A stretch of DNA of 62,652 nucleotides, filler included, from Stramenopiles sp. TOSAG23-2 (taxonomy: Eukaryota): the NCBI GenBank assembly GCA_900128395.1. It is 30 parts of 30 records of this genome, joined end to end, with 100 filler letters (N's around TTAATTAATTAA, not from the genome) between each part and the next. Parts side by side here need not be neighbours in the genome. Positions count along the whole stretch, not along the records: positions 1 to 2,011 come from LT652124.1; positions 2,112 to 4,120 come from LT652125.1; positions 4,221 to 6,229 come from LT652126.1; positions 6,330 to 8,338 come from LT652127.1; positions 8,439 to 10,443 come from LT652128.1; positions 10,544 to 12,544 come from LT652129.1; 24 more parts are not named here. One strand, given 5' to 3'. This document shows positions 1-11,023 of this stretch, piece after piece (within the stretch, counting starts at the first letter, position 1; each line of letters opens with the position of its first letter). The translations under genes and the position numbers were made by a program. The notes under the pieces are model-generated. The model did no database searches and was not told the origin of the DNA. It saw nothing but the letters and a program-made list of their open reading frames with translations.

Positions 1-102
1 CAAGAGATCATTGCACTTTTACGTTCAAAAGGTGGAAAAGCAAATTGTCATGATGAAAATGGTATAAATGTAGGAGCAGGTAATGGTGATTTAAATCATT
101 GA
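1..102 (+). CDS. 3' end of upstream copy of the tandem ankyrin-repeat gene (partial)
   Basis: 1-102 is identical to 1286-1387 (QEIIALLRSKGGKANCHDENGINVGAGNGDLNH*). Confidence 0.8.
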   Translation, partial: QEIIALLRSKGGKANCHDENGINVGAGNGDLNH

Positions 103-433
103 ACAAGAGAGAAGGGGAAGTGGGAAAGAAAGACATCAGACTTGTAAACCATATTATCAATTATACATTTTGAATTTTTAAACTCTTTTTTACTCTAAAT
201 GTTTCCCCACTCTCCACTCTCCATCACCAACAAGGTCTCTCTTTTCATCTCCCAGGTGTTGTTGTTTTCCGTCTAAATTGTTGGGCCGTAAAAGTGTTGG
301 TCTTTTTACATTCAATTAATAATGATAATACATACATACATACATACATATATATACATAATATACCAATATATATATATATATACAATATATATAAATA
401 AATAGATAACGTTAAATATATATATATATCATC

Positions 434-1387
434 ATGGCATCAGCAGTTACTAATACAACAACACCGGCTAAGAGACTAAAACAAACAACGATTGAAGCGT
501 TGGAAGAAGAACATGCAGAACCAATTCAAATTGGTATATTAGTTTTACCAGCTGGAATAGAATCTGCTTGCGGGATCTTGTTAAATATATTACAATATTT
601 AAATATTAAAACATTATGTAATGTGAAACGATCATCTTTAATACAACAATGTAGGAAACGATTTGGATCAAATGATTTTGAACGTGTACGTGATATAGCC
701 TTGAGTCTAAGTTATGAAGGTAGAAGAAGTATCAATGAGATACTACTAACACATCCAGCGAAAAGACTTTATTTATTAATTGAAAGATATCAAAGGGAGT
801 TTCCACCTGTTCAGTTTTGGACTGGTGAGCAGCGAGTACCAACACCTATCGTATGTGCATGTCAACACGGACGTATGAATGATGTAGAACTATTTATGAG
901 TCTTCATCCTTTTCACAAGTATATTACTAATCGTGATGTAAATGACTACAGAGATGATATGACATTGAAAGATATGGTAAGTCAAGTCTGTAGAACTAGT
1001 GATGGTTATGAATCTACACCTTTAATGATAGCTGCATACGGCGAACATTTCCAACTAGTTAAATATTTGATTGAACAAGGTGAAGCTGATCCTAATATTG
1101 CACTTAGTGATGGATGGAATGCATTACATTATGCAGCATATTATAACAGAACGACTACTGAGTTGATTGAGTTGTTATTAACTAATATGCCTCTTAATAG
1201 CATTAATAAGAAGGTCACGTGGGGGTACTATGTGGGAGAGACTCCCCTGGACTCTGCATATAAATATAATCGCAGTCCACTTCGCCAAGAGATCATTGCA
1301 CTTTTACGTTCAAAAGGTGGAAAAGCAAATTGTCATGATGAAAATGGTATAAATGTAGGAGCAGGTAATGGTGATTTAAATCATTGA
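434..1387 (+). CDS. Ankyrin-repeat protein with F-box-like N-terminal segment
   Basis: Ankyrin motifs TPIVCACQHG, TPLMIAAYGEHFQLVKYLIEQGEADPN, NALHYAAYYN and ETPLDSAY. The N-terminal GILLNILQYLNIKTLC resembles an F-box (weak). Confidence 0.85.
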   Translation: MASAVTNTTTPAKRLKQTTIEALEEEHAEPIQIGILVLPAGIESACGILLNILQYLNIKTLCNVKRSSLIQQCRKRFGSNDFERVRDIALSLSYEGRRSINEILLTHPAKRLYLLIERYQREFPPVQFWTGEQRVPTPIVCACQHGRMNDVELFMSLHPFHKYITNRDVNDYRDDMTLKDMVSQVCRTSDGYESTPLMIAAYGEHFQLVKYLIEQGEADPNIALSDGWNALHYAAYYNRTTTELIELLLTNMPLNSINKKVTWGYYVGETPLDSAYKYNRSPLRQEIIALLRSKGGKANCHDENGINVGAGNGDLNH

Positions 1388-1718
1388 ACAAGAGAGAAGG
1401 GGAAGTGGGAAAGAAAGACATCAGACTTGTAAACCATATTATCAATTATACATTTTGAATTTTTAAACTCTTTTTTACTCTAAATGTTTCCCCACTCTCC
1501 ACTCTCCATCACCAACAAGGTCTCTCTTTTCATCTCCCAGGTGTTGTTGTTTTCCGTCTAAATTGTTGGGCCGTAAAAGTGTTGGTCTTTTTACATTCAA
1601 TTAATAATGATAATACATACATACATACATACATATATATACATAATATACCAATATATATATATATATACAATATATATAAATAAATAGATAACGTTAA
1701 ATATATATATATATCATC

Positions 1719-2011
1719 ATGGCATCAGCAGTTACTAATACAACAACACCGGCTAAGAGACTAAAACAAACAACGATTGAAGCGTTGGAAGAAGAACATG
1801 CAGAACCAATTCAAATTGGTATATTAGTTTTACCAGCTGGAATAGAATCTGCTTGCGGGATCTTGTTAAATATATTACAATATTTAAATATTAAATCATT
1901 ATGTAATGTAAAACGATCTTCTTTAATACAGCAATGTAGAAAAGCATTTGGATCAAATGATTTTGAACGTATACGTGATATAGCATTGAGTCTAAGTTAT
2001 GAAGGTAGAAG
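1719..2011 (+). CDS. Third tandem copy of the ankyrin-repeat gene (5' part only, cut by contig end)
   Basis: Same N-terminus as 434..1387, with substitutions (TLC>SLC, KRF>KAF, ERV>ERI). Confidence 0.8.
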
Positions 2012-2111
2012 NNNNNNNNNNNNNNNNNNNNNNNNNNNNNNNNNNNNNNNNNNNNTTAATTAATTAANNNNNNNNNNNNNNNNNNNNNNNNNNNNNNNNN
2101 NNNNNNNNNNN
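2012..2111. other. Artificial contig spacer (44 N + TTAATTAATTAA + 44 N); first of 29
   Basis: Identical 100-bp spacers start at 2012, 4121, 6230, 8339, 10444, 12545, 14644, 16743, 18841, 20939, 23037, 25134, 27230, 29325, 31420, 33513, 35605, 37694, 39779, 41863, 43947, 46028, 48109, 50188, 52267, 54346, 56424, 58501 and 60577. The 12-mer gives stops in all six frames, and contig lengths never increase along the window. Confidence 0.98.
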
Positions 2112-2112
2112 T

Positions 2113-2638
2113 TGGGCAAGAAAACTTGGACCTAATTATTTCAACGACAGGAGACAAAAAATGTTAGATTTAATGGGTAAAAATTCAGGTTTTTTAAACT
2201 TAGAAAAATAGTATTAATAATAATAATAGTAATAACAATGTCTCTTTAACCAAAAAAACATCGATTAGCGATGTTATCCACGAAGGGTATTTGTGGAAAA
2301 AAGGTGGTGGCACTTCCATGTTTGGCAAGAAAAATTGGAAGAAACGATGGTTTGCATTACATACGGATTTAAAATTGTCGTATTATGATGATGAGAATGA
2401 AAATCATTTAAAAGGGGTTATTCATATTCATGGTGCTAGATTAAGGGTCACAGCAAATACTGGTAAAATTGGATCCCATCACCAAAAACACACCATTATA
2501 ATTACACAAAAACCACCTCAACCACCTCGTCCATATGAAGTTGTAGCGGAAACTCCTGAACGTCATGAGAAATGGCTTGAAGTTTTAAATGTAGCTATTC
2601 GTGCAAAAAAACCGGAAGTTGTGTTAGAGTCTGTGTAA
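2113..2638 (+). CDS. PH-domain protein, C-terminal part (5' truncated; probable +1 A homopolymer frameshift near 2203-2207)
   Basis: IHEGYLWKKGG..KNWKKRWFAL..LSYY..LKGVIHI..EKWLEVL is a canonical PH domain. The upstream frame WARKLGPNYFNDRRQKMLDLMGKNSGFLNLE joins it if one A is removed from GAAAAAT. Confidence 0.8.
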
Positions 2639-2878
2639 AGTATGAAACGAATACTCGTATCTAAAAGAGAGAGAGAAAGAGGGGGAATTTTTGTCTAAAA
2701 AAATATTTTATGGTGTAACTTTTATTTCTTGTTGTTGTATGATAAAATGCTTGATCTTATAAAAAATACTTTCGTCTTTCTATCATTAATATCATACACA
2801 CACACATCACATAAACTTTAAACTTTTAAAAATTATATAGATATTACTAATATATCAACTGTATGCAACAAGAAAAAA

Positions 2879-3797
2879 TCACAAGGTAGCATTTGTATGC
2901 CCTAAATCAACTACAATTTCAGTCCCTGTCATAAACGAACTTGCTTCACTACAAAGTCTGCCATTATTTAAAACAAAAGATAATTGGGAAATAATTAATG
3001 TGTGTGTATAATTATGATTCATAATAATGTTAGAGATCATCTATATTTAACGAGAGAAAAAAAAAAAGAACTTACAATAACATTGGTCCATCTAATTCTG
3101 ATAATTGTCCTAAGCGTTTTGGTGGTATTCGTGATAAATATGCTTTACCAGGTGGTGAATTGAAAAATTCAGTATTCATTTCCGTTTCAAAATATCCTGG
3201 ACAAATAGAATTGATTCTAATATTATTTCTTCCTAATTCAGCTGCCATTGTTTTTGACATATGTAACAAACCAGCCTTTGCAGCACCGTAATTCACTTGA
3301 CTAGTACCAACTCTTAAACCTAAAATACTGGCAACATTCACTACTTGTCCTGGTATTTTATCTCGAACCATACGTTTACAAGCTTCTTGGGAGACAAAAA
3401 AGGCACCACGTAAATTAGTATTGAGTAATCCATCCCAATCATCTTCTTCTAGTTCCAATGATAATTTTGGATTTGCAATACCAGCATTATTTATCAAACA
3501 GTTAATTGTTGTACCAATTTGCGACTCTGCTTCATTAAAAGCTAATGAAATGGATTTACGGTCCGTGACATCCAATGATACAGTTATGATTTTACAGGAA
3601 GGATATTTAGTTGAGATTTCTGATTGCACTTTATCCAATTTTTCTTTTCTTCTTGCAGCCAATACAATATTTGGCGCGCCTGCACTTGCCATTAAATATG
3701 CAAAATGTTTGCCTAGACCTGACGATCCGCCGGTGATTAAGATATTTTTCTTTGTTAAATTAAAGATATTTGATAATACATTTGCTGATGATGACAT
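2879..3797 (-). CDS. Short-chain dehydrogenase/reductase (FabG-like); exons 3797-3076 and 2957-2879
   Basis: TGGSSGLG, NNAG and YGAAK motifs. A GTAAG..CAG intron at 3075-2958 (118 bp) restores the typical C-terminus LLCSEASSFMTGTEIVVDLGHTNATL*. Confidence 0.92.
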
Positions 3798-4600
3798 TTT
3801 AACTATTATATAAATATATATTTTTTTTAAATTGTACAATAATTTTTTCTGTAATATTTATTATATATTATATATTATATATTATATTACGTATTTATTA
3901 TATTTAGTATATTACTATATTCGTACAGATTGTCTTTGCAACCGTTTGTATAATATTTATATATATATATACAGATATAGATAGATATATATTGGTCGGA
4001 CTTATAGTCAAAAAAATAAAGAAAAAAGAAAAGGTTTAGTCTATTATAAAAATATTTTCTTTTTTAGAGTGTTTTTTTAATTGTGAGGTGTGACGAATTT
4101 AAATTGTACAAAACAACTGANNNNNNNNNNNNNNNNNNNNNNNNNNNNNNNNNNNNNNNNNNNNTTAATTAATTAANNNNNNNNNNNNNNNNNNNNNNNN
4201 NNNNNNNNNNNNNNNNNNNNAACTCCATGCTTCTTATTTGTTTGTGATTCTTTCTTTCTTATCCATATATATATAATATATATATATATATATAAATATT
4301 CTGTTATTACTTTTGTTTCAATTTCTATTGGGGATATTTACTGTATTCTTTATTATATAATAAGGTGCATGGTGGCATTCATTTATTATTACACGAAGTT
4401 CGTACTATTTTATTAATAATACTTTTATTCTCTTCGTATATAATTTGTAAATAATAGTCCTATAAGAATATTATAATATATATTAATAATTATAGACGAC
4501 TATATTTATTGTTCTAATTATTTTGTTGGTATGTAGTAATTATTATTATTATAGTGCATTACTGTAAATACCGTATTGGGGTTCAAAATGGTGGTCCCTT

Positions 4601-4696
4601 GTATTCACCTGCTATATATGCATTACAAGATAGACATACCATTGTATATGTTTGATAGAATATATTATAGCATTTAGTATATAGTATAAGTATGAA
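4601..4696 (+). repeat. Dispersed ~95-bp repeat (GTATTCACCTGCTATATA..ACAAGATAGACATACCATTGTA..TGTTTGATAGA)
   Basis: Related copies at 8545-8648 and 8683-8778; the core occurs inverted at ~26617-26637 and ~26696-26716. Confidence 0.75.
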
Positions 4697-4875
4697 GTTG
4701 CCAATATACTACTATATAATAATAATAGGCATAAATAATAATAATAAATTATTGTTCTATAAGATAAAGAAGAATGATTTATAGCTATCATATGTATATG
4801 TATATGGGGATTACAATAACAGACAAAAGAAAATAAGAACAATATTAGCCGTCATTAGTTAAAAGAAGATCGATC

Positions 4876-5548
4876 ATGCAGCCAACATGGCCAGGTGTTG
4901 ATATGATAACACCAAATGGCACAATCGATCCATTACGAGTGGTCAATTTATTTAAATACTCATATGCAATTAATGCACCTGCAGGATTTGGTATTATCAT
5001 TCATAATACAATTAGAACAGCACAAATTGGGAGTTGTATTGGTGTATTAGCTGGATTGACGCAGAGCAGGACCATCCCTAATCTTGGCGTATATGCAAGC
5101 CATGGTGGGCGTATAGGCGGTTTACTAGGGTTGTCCTTAGTTTTAGGCAAAACGATTATTGATGAATCTATGAATCCATTTGGTATAGATGAAATGTCGA
5201 GAAAGTTAAAAGAAAATTCAGCAGATGAAAAAATGACTTTAACAACTTTGACATTTAGTATGTAAGTAATATACAAAAAATGGGAAAAAAAAATCAAAAT
5301 TAACTCGTTGTATTAATTACTTCAATTATCTAACAATCTATCTCTTTATCTGTATACATTTATAAACAAACAAATACAGGTTAGGTGCTGGTGCTGCATA
5401 TTCAGGTCGGAAAATGGGTGCATTAGAGGGAGGTTTCCTTGGTATTGCTGGTGGGACATTGTTTTATTTTGTTGGTGAATATATGAAAGAAGTTATTGAT
5501 CGGGAGGTACAAAAAGGTCGTGAAGAACGTCGACAGAAACAACGATAA
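4876..5548 (+). CDS. Hypothetical glycine-rich membrane protein; exons 4876-5261 and 5380-5548
   Basis: A GTAAGT..ACAG intron at 5262-5379 (118 bp) gives a 184-aa protein with GxxxG hydrophobic segments (IGSCIGVLAG, IGGLLGLSLVLG, LEGGFLGIAGGTLFY). Confidence 0.7.
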
Positions 5549-5748
5549 ATTATCAACAATATGTATATATATATATAATATAATATAGGCGTCTCATGTC
5601 AATATCACATAGTATGCTTTCGTACAGGGTCATTTTATGCGCTCGTGTCAATTTTATTACGTCATACGAAGTATGATAAATAACACACTTCGAGATATGC
5701 ACACACTAATGAGATATCATATGAAATTTTTTGTTTGTGTTTTTTCAT

Positions 5749-6229
5749 TTAAAAATCATAATCATCATCATCTTCCTCGCTATCATCATCCCATGAATCA
5801 TCCTCACTATTGTCTTCCACATTAAATTCAACACGTTTATCCCATATATATCCTTCATCTCCAGGTTTCAAACTGTTTTTCACAAAATCTACTTTCATAG
5901 CATCTTTCGCCGCTTGTAGTTCTTCATGCGAAACTTTATTTAAATCCACCGTACCATCAATTGCTATTTTAATTGCTGGTTTATCACCTTCTGTTTTTGC
6001 TGCTAAAGGTGACGTGCTTTGTTTCAATTCTGGTAAATCTCTACTAGCCTTTTTGCTATCCGTTGTATCAATAGATAATTTCTTCATATTTGCATTGTCT
6101 TCCAATGCTATGTCATCATCTTCTTCAAAATCATCTTCAAAATCATCATCAAAATCTTCATCATCGTATTCCTCAATATCATCATCTTTATTATTGTTGT
6201 TGGTTTTTTTTGGTGAAATTGCTCTTGTA
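5749..6229 (-). CDS. CEP19: CEP19-like centrosomal/ciliary protein, C-terminal part (5' truncated)
   Basis: DLNKVSHEELQAAKDAMKVDFVKNSLKPGDEGYIWDKRVEF followed by an acidic tail matches the CEP19 C-terminal motif (DLNKL..EL...K..M...F.KN......F.YD...EF). Confidence 0.75.
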
Positions 6230-6548
6230 NNNNNNNNNNNNNNNNNNNNNNNNNNNNNNNNNNNNNNNNNNNNTTAATTAATTAANNNNNNNNNNNNNNN
6301 NNNNNNNNNNNNNNNNNNNNNNNNNNNNNTGTATAAATCCTTTGTAAACGTTTCAACTTCACTTTCTATTTTTGCTATTTTACTGATATGTACATATAAT
6401 ATATATATAATAAAAAGATATTATGTACAATTATTATTATAGAATATAAGTATATATATAACTATCTATCTATAATAGTTTGAAGCATAAATTCAATAAA
6501 AAGTAATCAATCTTGCATCTTAAGTCTCGTATATATATATCAAATTAA

Positions 6549-6582
<34 letters not shown>

Positions 6583-7027
6583 GTGTACACATATTTTTGG
6601 ATCTCCTTTGGGAATGTGTGTAAGTTTGTGCACTACGACTATTCTAATTTGCAACATTTCCCTATTTGCAGTTTCTTTAGGCACCTTAATGTCTTTTTAA
6701 GGCTATTTGCAAACTATGATCATGTTTGTAATGATATCTACCTGCTATAGTCATGCTATTTTATCATAATATACTTGATAGACTATACATTTTGATTGCT
6801 AGTGATTGCTATTTTATCATACTATACTTGATAGACTATACATTTTAATTGGATAGTATGAAATGAGGTTAAAAATTCAATCATTTTTGCGGAAATATTA
6901 GTGTCATATGAAGCGATCGAAATTTGGGCTGCACGCGGCTACTATGTAAATAGCACACTGGAAAAAGGAATAAAAATCTAAAAATCTAAAACCTCGTTTT
7001 TTTTGAAAACCCCGTCCTGAATCTTAC

Positions 7028-8030
7028 GAGCGCTGTTTCTGGAATTTATCAGATTTTTAATGCTCTATCTATGCTATTTAATGCTGTGTCCATCCTAAAT
7101 TTCAGGTAGGTAAAGATTAATTAACTTCTGTAACTAGTCTTTTTTCCTATCAAAATGTTGTTAAGTAGGTGAGAGCGCTGTTTCTGGAATTTATCAGATT
7201 TTTAATGCTCTATCTATGCTATTTAATCCTGTGTCCATCCTAAATTTCAGGTAGGTAAAGATTAATTAACTTCTGTAACTAGTCTTTTTTCCTATCAAAA
7301 TGTTGTTAAGTAGGGTTTTCTGGATTTGAATAAAATCCAGAAACAGCGCTCGTATGCATGGTGCAAATTAAGACAGGGGACGGATGGAAGAAATCGTTAT
7401 TACGGTTGTTATTAATTGCACACATATTTTGACAAATATCATATATATAATACAAATTACAAATCTGATGTGCGTGCATCTATAGATACATATATACTAC
7501 ACTATGAGTATATAAATATATATACATTCTTATCTACACACACAGAGAGAGAGACAGAGAAAGATTGCATGGTGTATTACGTAGAAGCTAGATAGATAGA
7601 TACAAAGAAACATTAAACCCCGTACAAAAAATCTTATCTGCATACACACACACACACACACACACACAGACAGAGAGAGATTGCATGGTGTATTACGTAG
7701 AAGCTAGATAGATAGATACAAAGAAACATTAAATCTGTTAAGTAGGGTTTTCTGGATTTGAATAAAATCCAGAAACAGCGCTCGTATGCATGGTGCAAAT
7801 TAAGACAGGGGACGGATGGAAGAAATCGTTATTACGGTTGTTATTAATTGCACACATATTTTGACAAATATCATATATATAATACAAATTACAAATCTGA
7901 TGTGCGTGCATCTATAGATACATATATACTACACTATGAGACATAGAGAGAGACAGAGAGAGATTGCATGGTGTATTACGTAGAAGCTAGATAGATAGAT
8001 ACAAAGAAACATTAACCCCGTACAAAAAAA
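7028..8030. repeat. Non-coding repeat region with nested direct and inverted repeats
   Basis: A ~145-bp unit at 7028 and 7173; a ~430-bp duplication (7305 vs 7736); GAGCGCTGTTTCTGGA inverted as TCCAGAAACAGCGCTC at ~7336 and ~7768; (CA)n/(GA)n blocks. Confidence 0.8.
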
Positions 8031-8438
8031 AAGTTGTTTTTCGAACTTGAACAAAAACAATATGTCAACCGCTAAAGATGATGAAGTAAACCAGGAGGAG
8101 GATGAAGAAATTGAGGAACAGTCGGGTAATGAAGAAGAAGAAGAAGAAGAAGAAGAAGGTGAAGAGGAAAATGACGAGGGGATTCTAAAATGATATAGTA
8201 CTGTATATGATATCATATCATATATGATATTATAATTTTCAAATAATTTGAATATCATAATAAAAATATTTTTTGAAATCATCTATCCTGTATTACAAGA
8301 GAGTATTTAAATCTTACTTGGGAATGGAAATCCCCCTGNNNNNNNNNNNNNNNNNNNNNNNNNNNNNNNNNNNNNNNNNNNNTTAATTAATTAANNNNNN
8401 NNNNNNNNNNNNNNNNNNNNNNNNNNNNNNNNNNNNNN

Positions 8439-8471
<33 letters not shown>

Positions 8472-9064
8472 CTTGGTTTAATTCTTCTTTTTTTATTATT
8501 TTTGGGTCGCTTTTTAACTACTAATAAAAAAAACCTGGTCCACAGTATTCACCTGCTATATATACAATGGATATAGCATACAAGATAGACATACCATTGT
8601 AAATGTTTGATAGAGTTTATTTAATATTTAGTATATAATAAGTACGAANNNNNNNNNNNNNNNNNNNNNNNNNNNNNNNNNNCTGCTATATATACAATGG
8701 ATATAGCATACAAGATAGACATACCATTGTAAATGTTTGATAGAATATATTATAATATTTAGTATATAATAAGTACGAAACCAAATAAATATAATCTAGT
8801 AATACCATTACCATGCTATGTAGTATATCAGGTTTTTGAACCACATAGGTATAGATCTATAATTTCCCATTCAAGTATAAATTATGTGTCATCATTTGAT
8901 AGCCAAGATCTTTCTTCCGGATATTACAAAAGCAACATCACTTTTGTTGTAAATCTCCAAAATCATTTCCAAATTTTCTATTATTTATACAAAAGTCCGC
9001 TTAAAAATATTTATGTAATATCTAGATTTCAAATTGTACGCAATACTTTTATCTTTTTTAAATT

Positions 9065-10012
9065 TTACTCACACATGAGATAATTCCTAATACTACCAAA
9101 AAGAATTGTTTCTCGATATATATTTCCAGTAGCAAATATCATTAATTCCATTTTCTTATCTTTAAACATTGTATATACAGCAGATATACTAAAAAGTAAA
9201 ACTTGAAGAAAAATGGATCGTTGTATTGAACGTTTCATGATTGTATACTCTTCACCTTGTATGGTGTAATGAAATAAAACTACTCCTTTATTCCAATTTC
9301 CGAATGTATTTCCGTAAATGCAATTCATATTTAAAAATGTAAATAAACTTCCAACAATAATCACAAAGAAACGACTTTTTAATTTTACTGCATCAATAAA
9401 TAAAAAAACATTTATTAGTACCATATATATAAATCCCATGATTGGTGATAATGAGTTCATTGGTCGTCCAATCTCAATAATCCAATTTAAAATTGTTAAT
9501 AGAATAATAACAACCACATTTGTTTCTTGTAACAATCGTTTTATAATTACTAATGACACATTTTTATAATATAATATTACAGCAAATATTATTGCAAGAA
9601 CAGCAAATATAATCGCTGCAATACGTAATCCAACATTTGTTCCACCAGCAAGAATATAACATAAAATTCCAAGGAAAGTAAAAATTCCTACCCCACGTTG
9701 CCCCCATTTTACACGCCAATCCAGCCGATCATCCATTTCAACATCTTCACCTAATAATCTCATACTTTTACGTCGTACCGTATTATTATGATATATTTCT
9801 GCCCAAGAATTTCGACGTGGTGTATTCTTACGATTATCTTTTGGTATAGATTCTAACTCCACATCAACGTTCGTAACTGTACTTGCCTTTTTTTTTTCCT
9901 TCATAGTTTTGTGTGTAGTATCATCATTCTTGTTCTGTTTGTAATTTTGTTCGAATAATTTAAGTTTGTTTATCAGTTCATTATATTCCTCACGTGTTGG
10001 TGGATACCCCAT
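9065..10012 (-). CDS. Hypothetical multi-pass membrane protein
   Basis: 315-aa ORF with about 6 hydrophobic helices after a hydrophilic N-terminus; family not recognised. Confidence 0.7.
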   Translation of the reverse strand: MGYPPTREEYNELINKLKLFEQNYKQNKNDDTTHKTMKEKKKASTVTNVDVELESIPKDNRKNTPRRNSWAEIYHNNTVRRKSMRLLGEDVEMDDRLDWRVKWGQRGVGIFTFLGILCYILAGGTNVGLRIAAIIFAVLAIIFAVILYYKNVSLVIIKRLLQETNVVVIILLTILNWIIEIGRPMNSLSPIMGFIYMVLINVFLFIDAVKLKSRFFVIIVGSLFTFLNMNCIYGNTFGNWNKGVVLFHYTIQGEEYTIMKRSIQRSIFLQVLLFSISAVYTMFKDKKMELMIFATGNIYRETILFGSIRNYLMCE

Positions 10013-10787
10013 CTTCGCCTACGTATTACCAACTTGTAGAATCATATATCTTCTGTTATCATGCTTCATCTATATTTACATCATCTATTAAATGTATCTA
10101 TTATAATATCTATATCTGTTATTGCCACCGTTTTTCCGTGCTGCTGTTGTTTATTGAGCTTTATTATTATTGGGTTAAATTATTAAGGTAATCCAGGCAC
10201 AATAATATGTTAAAATGGGCGAAATGAGTATTTTCTGATATTCTAATTTCCCATTCAAGTATAAATTAAGTGTCATTTGATAGCCAAGACCTTACTTCCA
10301 GGATTCAGGATTCCAGATTTAATTCAAAAATTCTCTGAAAAAGCTTACAGAGAGTATATATATATTACAAAAGCCTTCATATGATGTCCGTTTTCCATCA
10401 GCTATTATGAGTAGTTGATACTATCTATTTACCTTCATTGGTANNNNNNNNNNNNNNNNNNNNNNNNNNNNNNNNNNNNNNNNNNNNTTAATTAATTAAN
10501 NNNNNNNNNNNNNNNNNNNNNNNNNNNNNNNNNNNNNNNNNNNCTTGTTAGTGATCAATTATTTCTATATAAATCACGTCCCAATTTTCCATCCATTTTC
10601 AATGCTATACACCTGCTAATTAATAGCATTGACACAGCAAGGGATACAAGCGTCAAAATGTTTCATATTGTGTAAGAATTATAGTACTTATGAATGTAGA
10701 ATATTGACCATAATTAATACACTTATTGTCCTCGTCTTTAGATACACATATATATATGACATAATGACATAATATATTATATTACAA

Positions 10788-10873
10788 TAATCTACAAACC
10801 GATAAAAGTCATACCTGTGTACATACCAATCTACAAACTAATAAAATCATAGCTGTATACCAATCTACAAACC
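10788..10873 (+). repeat. Three imperfect copies of (ACC)AATCTACAAAC upstream of the zinc-knuckle gene
   Basis: AATCTACAAAC at ~10789, ~10828 and ~10862. Confidence 0.6.
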
Positions 10874-11023
10874 AACCAGATTATAAACAATAACATCATA
10901 TACAATATTTTCAAAATTTTATACATTTAAGATCACCATATATTAATATCGGTATATATATATATATACATACATTACTGAGGATATAAATACACACAAT
11001 CATATATCACATCATATTATAAT

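Larger units (their letters stand above)
1..2011 (+). repeat. Tandem gene array, unit 1285 bp
   Basis: 1-~609 repeats at 1286-~1894; ATGs lie at 434 and 1719. Confidence 0.85.

Noticed and set aside
2056-2067. Regularly spaced TTAATTAATTAA as a biological repeat or CRISPR-like array
   Set aside because: It is always centred in exactly 100 bp with Ns; this is a synthetic all-frame-stop linker.
8062-8193. Short acidic ORF MSTAKDDEVNQEED..
   Set aside because: 43 aa of low-complexity GAA repeat in a repeat contig, with no recognisable domain.
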